DNA of 64,000 bases, taken from IMG/VR virus record IMGVR_UViG_3300042540_001015; one strand, 5' to 3'. Positions within the stretch are counted from its first letter, which is position 1. The number at the start of each line of letters is the position of its first letter. Both the position numbers and the translations under genes were made by a program. Under the pieces are notes generated by a model, which saw only the letters and a list, made by a program, of their open reading frames with translations, had not been told where the DNA came from and ran no database searches. Of the stretch, positions 9,697 to 17,700 are shown one piece after another. This DNA is from an uncultured virus (IMG/VR IMGVR_UViG_3300042540_001015) (Duplodnaviria > Heunggongvirae > Uroviricota > Caudoviricetes).

Positions 9697-11304
9697 ATAC
9701 TACTTCGACGAAGGCAAGGCGGCCCACGCCGTCCGCTTCTTCGAGGAGTTTCTGACGCACTCGAAGGGCCAGTTCGCTGGCAAGCCATTTACGCTCCTGC
9801 CCTGGCAGAAGCACGACATTATCGAAGAACTCTTCGGGTGGATGCGAGTCGAGAGCGACACGAGAAAGTATAGAGTCGGGTACATCGAGGTGCCTAAAAA
9901 AAATGGTGCCTTGGCCCCTGCGGCTGGTTGCCGTGGGGGCCAAGGCATCATCGAGGAAAATCAACCCTCCTTTCCGGCATAGGCCTCTACACGATGGTCG
10001 CCGACGGCGAAGCCTCGGCTGAGTGCTTCGGCTGTGCCACCTCACGCGAGCAGGCGGGCATCGTCTACAAGCAGATGAAGGAACTCGTCGAGTCGAGTCC
10101 CTATCTCTCCGAGATGCTGGAGATCGTGGACTCGCGGAAAACGATCGCCTACATCCCGACTCACTCTTTCTGGAAAGTCATTTCGAGCGACGCAGGCCGC
10201 CAGGAAGGCCTCAACATCCACTCGCTCTGCTACGACGAGATTCACTCGGCCAAGGATCGGAAACTCTGGGACGCGGTTCGCTATGGCGGCATCTCCAGGT
10301 CGCAGAGCCTCATTCTCGCGATCACCACGGCGGGCGTAGACCGGAACTCGATCGGCTATGAGTTGCACGAACACGCGATGAAAGTCCGGCTCGACCCGAC
10401 CTATGACGAGCAGTTCTTCGCCTATGTCGCGGCGGCCGCCCCCGAGGACGACTACCGAGACCCCGAGGTCTGGAAGGCCGCGAATCCCTCCTGGGACGTG
10501 ACGATGGACGAGGAGAGTTTCCGTGCCGACGTTCGCGACGCCGAGCAGTCGAACAGCCGCCTCTCATCGTTTCTCCGGTACAGGCTCAATGTCTGGACAC
10601 AGGGAGACGGGAACCGATTCATCAAGTTGGATCAGTGGGAGGCCTGCAAGGGCGACTCCGGGATTCTCGGCTCCGATCGCATCTGGTACGCGGGGCTCGA
10701 CCTTGCCCAGACCTGGGACTGCAATGCCTTCGTGGCGGTCAGCAAGGCGAGCGATGACGTCTTCGATGTTCTCTGCCGGTTCTGGATTCCAGGCGATAAC
10801 GCCGGAGTCCGGTCTCAGAAGGACGGAGTGCCCTACACGACGTGGGCCAAGGAAGAGCGGAACGGGCTCTGCCTGACTCCCGGGAACACTTGCGACTACG
10901 CGTTCATCAAGCGGGACATCCTCCAGTTCTGCAAGGAGCGGACAGTCCGGATGATCGCGGTCGATCCCCATAACAGCCATTACCTCGTCCAACAACTTCA
11001 GGCGGATGGTTTAAATGTGCAAGGATTTTCACAAGGGTTCGCCAACATGAACCCTGGGACCCGCCTGACCGAGACGATTATTGCGCAGGGTCGCCTGCGA
11101 ACGAACAACAATCCCATCCTGAACTGGATGGCCGGAAACGCCACGACCAAAGAGAACGCCGAGGGCTACTGCAAAATTGTGAAGCCGAGCCCAACCAGCC
11201 CTCTGCGTGTCGACGGGATCGTGGCACTGGTCATGGCGATCGCCGTGGCGAGTGACGCCGAGAACGCCAAGCCAGCACCCGAGCCGGAGATTCTCATCCT
11301 ATGA
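9629..11304 (+). CDS. terL: terminase large subunit, interrupted by a 50-nt hairpin insert in the Walker A motif (two frames: 9629-9907 and 9958-11304)
   Basis: LLPWQ, VPKKNG|KST, YDEIH, ITTAG, GLDLA, RVDGIVA motifs; removing 50 nt restores VPKKNGKSTLLS. Confidence 0.9.
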
Positions 11305-14300
11305 GCGAGGAGCGAGTCCTGTCCGACTTTGTCTGGACACCGGAGCGGGGCGAGAACGACCCCGAGGTCCGGAGCATCTCCTGGAACAATCTCCTCCTTT
11401 CCGACGAGGTCTACAGCGGAAAGTTCCTTACCGCCGCCGAGATCAGAATCAATCCGGACACGGCCCTCCAGTCGACTACGTTTCTCGCGTGCTGCCGGAT
11501 TATCAGCGAAACTGTTTCTTCGCTCCCAATCCATGTCTATCGCCGACTGAAGAACGGACACGAGGAGATCGCGAGCGAGATTCCCCTCTACCACGTTCTG
11601 ACGTTCGCTCCCAATTCCTGGCAGACCAAGTTCGAGTTCTTCGAGCAGATGGTCATGGCACTGACGTGCTGGGGTAATTCCTATACCGAGGTCAACTCGG
11701 GCAAGTATGGAGCCGTCACTGAACTCAACAACTTGCATCCAAGCCGGATGCGAGTCGAGCGTCTGGAGAACGGGCGGCTCAAGTATTCATACAACGACCC
11801 CCAGACTGGTCGGCTGCTTCAGTACACACAAGACCAGATCATGCACGTCCGCTGGACGCCCGAGCCGGACGGCGTGAAGGGCATGGTCCCGGTCGAGGTG
11901 AGCCGCGACGCGATCGCGCTCTCCCGCGCCTGCGAAATCTACGCGAGCAAGTTCTGGGCGAACATGGGCAGGCCGGGAATTGTTTTGCAGACGGACGGTG
12001 CCCTCTCTGCCGAGACTGCGGAACGACTCCGCGACAATTGGGAGAGAATTCATAGGGGCGTCCAAAATGCTTATAAAACGGCAGTCCTCACGAATGGACT
12101 GAAAGTCGAATCATTCGGTGCGACGAATAATGATTCGCAATTTTTGGAGGTCAGGCGATTTCAGATCGAGGAAATCTGTCGAGTGTTCCGGTTGCCTCTG
12201 CATTTAGTGCAGGGGCAAGGCGGCGGCAGCCTGGAGATTCAAGGCCAGGAGTTCATCAACTACACGTTGATGCCCTGGCTGACTCGCATCGAGCAGTCGA
12301 TCAGCCGGTCGCTCATCTACGACGATGCGGTCTACTACGCGAAGTTCGACACTCGCGGCCTGCTTCGCGGAGACTCGAACAGCCGGGCAGCGTTCTATTC
12401 CACGATGCTGAACCTCGGAATTTTTTCGATCAACGAGTGCCGCAAGGCCGAAGGCCTGGGCCCGCTCGGCCCCGAGGCGGACAAGCATCTCGTGGCGATG
12501 AACCTCCAGCCTCTCGAAGAGGCTGTGAAGCCAAAGCCCGACCCCTCGATGATGCCAGGGTTCGGCTCGGGTGCTCCGCCGCAAGCCCCGGGCGGCCCGC
12601 CGAGTCTCTCGGAGGTGAAGACCGGCAAGCCTCCGATCGCGTCTCCGAAGGGAGAGGATTCGGCGAAGCGGTCGCTCAACCCACAAGACGCGGAACTCGA
12701 AGAGGCTCACGTCGAGATCGCCGAAGAAGAGGGCAAGTGGTCGAAGGAGTCGGCCCACTACATCGAGAAGAATCCGTTCGCCGCTCGTGGCATCAAGTGC
12801 CACAACTGCACACACTACGTCGAGGAGGGCGGGTGCAAGATCGTCTCCGGCCTGATCGGCGGCGAGGCGATCTGCAAACTGTGGGTGATCCCGCAGGAGA
12901 AGATCACTCAGGAGCCGGAGAGCCGGGCCTTCTGCCCGACCGGCCCAGGCGGCGGCGTGAAGAACGACTGCGGCAGCAAGGACGACGGCGGGCCTGCGGC
13001 TGAGTCTGGCGGCAAGAAGACAAACAAGGGCAACTTCCCTATTGCCAATTCCCTGCCAAAGGAAGTCCCAGCGGGGCACGAATCGCTTTCCGAGTACGTT
13101 GCCTTTAAGCCCGTTCCTGAAGGATCAGGCAACTCCGCCTTTGCTGTTCCGCCCTCTGACGAAGACCTTGCCCAAGCCTTGATTGGATCGAACAAGTCGA
13201 AGGGCACGAAGATCGGCAAGGCGAAGGAACTTCCTGAAGGAACCACGGTCGCTCTCAGAATTGACATTCCTGCCTTCAATCACTCGACGGACCGCATGGG
13301 CAAGAGCGTCTACGCGATCACGGTTCACGAGGATAAGGGCGGCAAGTCCAAAGACTTTGGGTCTCCGATCGGATACGAGCCGATGGCGAGGCTTTCGGGC
13401 CCCGTGAGGTTTGACTCAAAAGAGACCGAGGCGGTTCGCGTCGCCACCGGAGAGACAACGAAAACTCCGCTGGCGACCGTGAAGGGCAAGTACACGCAGG
13501 ACAGGACGATTCCTGCCGACATCGATACTTGGACTCCGGTTGGCTTCGACCCAAAGAAAGCCGCCTACTTCTACGACAAGAAAACCGGCGACGAGATTCT
13601 TTCCGGCACCGATGCCGTTAGCGTTGGCAACACAGTATTCACTCGCAACCCGCAGCGAGGGCCCAGAAACGCCAAGACCCACTACCGCTCTCTCGAAGAG
13701 ATGATGGCGGTTGATTCGTGGGGCCTGGAGTCGCGAGGCTTCTGCCCGACCGGCGAGGGCGGCGGCATCGACAACTCGTGCGGAGACGACGAGGGCGGCG
13801 GCGACTCGCCAGCCGCCCCCAAGGGCGATGGCGACTGCCCCAAGCCGTGCGGAGAAGTTGACGTTCACGCAGACAAGAACGACGACGGCGTGACTGACAC
13901 CGCGAGAGTCGGTGTTCCGGCGTTCGATGTTCCCCCGCCTCCCGGCATCCCGCGAATGCCTAACCTCGACGAGAAGTCTCGCGCCGCCGAAGAGGCGTTC
14001 GTCAAGCACTTCGAGAACGACCCCGAGGGCGTCTCTTCTCAGTTCCGCGATCTCGTGATGAAGCAGGGCGATCCGCCGACCTTCGGCACGGACGACGCCA
14101 AGTGCCTCACGGACGTGTGGTCAGAGTCGGACCCGGAGAAGCGAGCCGAGAACCGCGCGACCTTGAACACCGCCCTGCACCAGTGCGCAAACGCGGTCGC
14201 GAAGCGTGCATTCGTGCAGCACCTCGACACGCTCGAAAAGGGTGACTCGATCATGGTGACTGTCGGCGGCTGCGGTGCCGGGAAGGGCTTCGCTCTCAAG

Positions 14301-14789
14301 AACAACCCCGACGCCCTAGAGTTGAAGGGTCAAGCAAAGGCGATTTGGGATTCGGCCGGTGACCAGAACGCCACCGAGAATCCTTGGATTCAGGCCGAGG
14401 CCGAGAAGCGAGGCCTGAGCGTGACATACGTCTTCGTTCACGCCGATCCGAAGGTGCAGTGGGCCGACCCGAATCGCGGAGTCGTGAAGCGAGCAAGCGA
14501 CCCCAAGGACGGGAGAATGGTCGACGCGAAGGTCTTTGCCGACAGTTACGCGATCGGAGCAAAGAACCACCACGCGTTTCACCAAGCGAACAAAGACAAC
14601 TCCAACGCGAGGTTCGTGTTCCTCGACAACACCGGGAAGCCCAAGTCGATCCCTGGGGTTCCGAAGGAAGCACTCGATCTCAATCCGAGCGAACTCGCTT
14701 CGTTCGCCGAGAAGGAGGTTGAGAAGGCCCAGGCCCCGGAGCGGGTGAAGAAGGGTGCCCTTGCAGGGAGGCGAATCTGGAAGAAATGA
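11301..14789 (+). CDS. HK97-family portal protein with long C-terminal extension (HiPIP-like Cys domain, unknown domain, Zeta-toxin-like P-loop domain)
   Basis: N-terminal ~410 aa is portal (CCRIISETVSSLP, GNSY, EICRVFRLP, SINECR); extension has CHNC..C..C..W, two FCPTG tags and VGGCGAGKG. Confidence 0.9.
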   Translation: MSEERVLSDFVWTPERGENDPEVRSISWNNLLLSDEVYSGKFLTAAEIRINPDTALQSTTFLACCRIISETVSSLPIHVYRRLKNGHEEIASEIPLYHVLTFAPNSWQTKFEFFEQMVMALTCWGNSYTEVNSGKYGAVTELNNLHPSRMRVERLENGRLKYSYNDPQTGRLLQYTQDQIMHVRWTPEPDGVKGMVPVEVSRDAIALSRACEIYASKFWANMGRPGIVLQTDGALSAETAERLRDNWERIHRGVQNAYKTAVLTNGLKVESFGATNNDSQFLEVRRFQIEEICRVFRLPLHLVQGQGGGSLEIQGQEFINYTLMPWLTRIEQSISRSLIYDDAVYYAKFDTRGLLRGDSNSRAAFYSTMLNLGIFSINECRKAEGLGPLGPEADKHLVAMNLQPLEEAVKPKPDPSMMPGFGSGAPPQAPGGPPSLSEVKTGKPPIASPKGEDSAKRSLNPQDAELEEAHVEIAEEEGKWSKESAHYIEKNPFAARGIKCHNCTHYVEEGGCKIVSGLIGGEAICKLWVIPQEKITQEPESRAFCPTGPGGGVKNDCGSKDDGGPAAESGGKKTNKGNFPIANSLPKEVPAGHESLSEYVAFKPVPEGSGNSAFAVPPSDEDLAQALIGSNKSKGTKIGKAKELPEGTTVALRIDIPAFNHSTDRMGKSVYAITVHEDKGGKSKDFGSPIGYEPMARLSGPVRFDSKETEAVRVATGETTKTPLATVKGKYTQDRTIPADIDTWTPVGFDPKKAAYFYDKKTGDEILSGTDAVSVGNTVFTRNPQRGPRNAKTHYRSLEEMMAVDSWGLESRGFCPTGEGGGIDNSCGDDEGGGDSPAAPKGDGDCPKPCGEVDVHADKNDDGVTDTARVGVPAFDVPPPPGIPRMPNLDEKSRAAEEAFVKHFENDPEGVSSQFRDLVMKQGDPPTFGTDDAKCLTDVWSESDPEKRAENRATLNTALHQCANAVAKRAFVQHLDTLEKGDSIMVTVGGCGAGKGFALKNNPDALELKGQAKAIWDSAGDQNATENPWIQAEAEKRGLSVTYVFVHADPKVQWADPNRGVVKRASDPKDGRMVDAKVFADSYAIGAKNHHAFHQANKDNSNARFVFLDNTGKPKSIPGVPKEALDLNPSELASFAEKEVEKAQAPERVKKGALAGRRIWKK

Positions 14790-17700
14790 GTGCAGCGGAA
14801 AAAGCAACGCAACTGATCGAAGAGATCAAGGCTGCGGTCGGCATCTCGGAGTCCGACGATCTTGCCAAGTGGTGGGACGAAGACGCCGACCGTCTGAACA
14901 AGATGGCCGAAGAGGCCAAGAAGATCGCGGTGAAGGTCGAGAGCCGCGCCTTCTGCCCCACTGGCGAGGGCAACGGAATCGACAACTCATGCGGCTCCGG
15001 CGACAGGGGGCCGAAGATGGCCCCGGACAAAGACTCGGGCGGAGGGAGGGGCGGCGACGGCGACAACTTTGACGCCGTAGCCAACGAAATCTTGCGGTCC
15101 ATCGAGGCGACCGGCGGATACTCAGTCCATCCGATCACGGCCGAAAGCCCAACGACCGGATACATGGTCTCCACTGTCTCCCAGGCTGAGGAAAAGATTG
15201 CCGGTCTGGAGAACGTCACCGGAGACAGGATTCGCGAATACTTCGACAAGCACAAGGACTATCTTTCCGAGAACCCGCAGTTACACTTAGGGGGCTGGTT
15301 CAACCTCGAAGACGGGCTCGTCTATCTTGACCTGTCCGAGAGGTTTGAGGACGTCGACGACGCGATCGACAAGGCTGTCGAGAAGAACCAACTCGCAATC
15401 TGGGACCTGAACACCAAGTCAGAAATTCGCAAAGAGGATTACGATGGCAGAAGGACAAGAAAAAAAGAACCTCGTTCGGTTCGACTTCCCGCCCGGAGCG
15501 GGCCCGGACGAGATCGCGGCGGCGATCCGAAAGGCCGGATACAGGCTCCTGGCGGAGAAGGCGGCGAGGGAGGGGAAGCCCGCGCCTTCTGCGCCACCGG
15601 AGAAGGCGGCGGAGTAGACAACTCGTGCAGCGCGGGCGAATCATCGTCCGGCTCTGAGTGGGTTGCCTCCTCGACCGCCACGGCCACCGAGGAGCAAGAG
15701 CCCCAGTACACGGAGGCCGCCACCCCTCCATCGCGATCGGGCTGGAAGCGTTCCGAGGGGATGACGACCTGGAGTCGCGAGGAACTTCAGTCCTCGAAGA
15801 GCCCGTCGGAGACTGCCAAGAGTCTCGGCAGCCTCACGATCGTCGGAGGCAAGTGGGCGAGCGAGGCTCTCTCGAATGTTGGCGTCTCTCTCGACGACGT
15901 CATCGAGGCGTGCAGTTTCCCGGACGAGTCATCGAACGTCGTGATCGTGCCGGGCGAGCCCGCCCAGGCCTTCGACGTAATGTCTGGAAAAGATAACAAG
16001 GTCGGCTTCCTCGACGAGATCACGGTGACGACCGTGTCGACTCTCGAAGGATCAGACTCGCAGAACCACGCGATGACCTCGCTGCGGCGGCACGAGGACG
16101 GCACGCTCGAAATGAAACTCATCGGGCTCCTCGTTGCCGATGACGTGAAGCAGAACAATCGGATCGCTGCCGCCAGGAGAATTCTCGACCAAGTCCCGAG
16201 AATGATCGCCAACGCCGAGAGGCTGGGCGTCGACAAGGTTTCTCTCCGGGCGGCCGGTGACTCGGAGAACGAGAAGTATCAGGGCTACAAGATTTGGCCT
16301 CGCATCGGGTTTGACGGGGCGATCCCCAGGAAGTTGGTGACGAGCAAGTACACGCTGATGAAGGGCGTGTTCAACTCTTACGGCGACCGCATCCCTGACT
16401 CGATCCTCTCCCCTCGCGCCAAGCAGGAGAAGGCCAGCGGCAAGTTGACGGTCCAGGCTCTCTACGAGACGAAAGAGGGCCAGCGGTGGTGGGAGAGAAA
16501 CGGCGGCGATATGCCCATGTCTCTCGACATCAAGGACAAAGAGAGTCCTGGCATGAAGGCCTTCGAGAAGTCGCGGGCCAGGATCGGCAACCGGAGCCTG
16601 TCGGAGTTCCTCCTCTCCGAAAGTCGCAGCCTGAATCTTTTCTGGCCTGCGTGGCTGGAGAGGCGTGCGTACTGCCCAACCGGCGAAGGGAATGGAATAG
16701 ACAACTCATGCAGTAGCAGCGAAGGCGGCGCAGCGTCGTCCGCAATCGCCAGTGCTGTTCAGTCCCCCGAGAAGTCCTCGTCGCCAGCGGGGCCGCTCAA
16801 GTGGACATCCGGCGACCCGACAGGCGACATCACTTCTCGCGTGATGGCGGCCCCGCCGACCGTGAGGAGTGCTGACGGGAGGACGATCGAATCTACCTCT
16901 ATCCCGGACGCTCATATCTATCCGTTCGCCGGGCGTCAGTGGGTCTCGACGATCGACGCTGGCGCGTACCTGTCATCGATGCAAGACCAAGTTCGCGGCG
17001 GCGTAATTAACACCGCGACGGGCCGGGGGGAACTGTCACGCGAGAGCCTCGACTACATCACGACGGCAATCGCTGACCAGGGAATCACTGCGGCCAATCG
17101 CGGAATCGTTCCGCTCTTCTACTCGCCCGAAGAACTTGACCGGCAGTTGCAGGAGTTCTCGTCGCTCATTCCGCAGGTTCGCGGCGGACGAATGAAAGAC
17201 GGAACGCTCATCGAACAGGAGGACGCGGAGCACCTGTTCAGGGTTGTGCAGGCCCTCACGAGCCCCAACGCAACACCGTTTGCGAATATGCAGCGGACGG
17301 ACTCGCTCTTGCGAAAGTTCTTTGAGGGAGACGGAAGGATCACGACAGGAGATTCCCTCGGCGTCACCGGCCCAGGCATTCGCAAGTCGCTTCAGCGATT
17401 CCAGGCGATCGTCGACACGCTCGGAAGGCGAACTGGCGGGAGAGTCGACACGGCGGCCGGGCTGGCTGCGGCTCGTCAAATGCTCCAGCACCAGATGCTC
17501 CCGGCGAAAGAAATTGACAAATTCTTTGCCGACTTCAAGTCCGATAAGGACTCGAAGGACGCGTGGAAGCCCGGGAATTATCTCGTGGGTGAGGTCGTCC
17601 CGGTGTTCTCTACGTTTGGCCCCAAGGTCGGGCCGTTCTACGAGAACAACCAGGGCAACCTCGACCCGCTAACGGCTGATGTGTGGTTTACGAGAACCTG

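Noticed and set aside
9905..9957. terL insert as an intein or group I/II intron
   Set aside because: It is only 50 nt, not a multiple of 3, with no intein motifs and no room for a ribozyme core.
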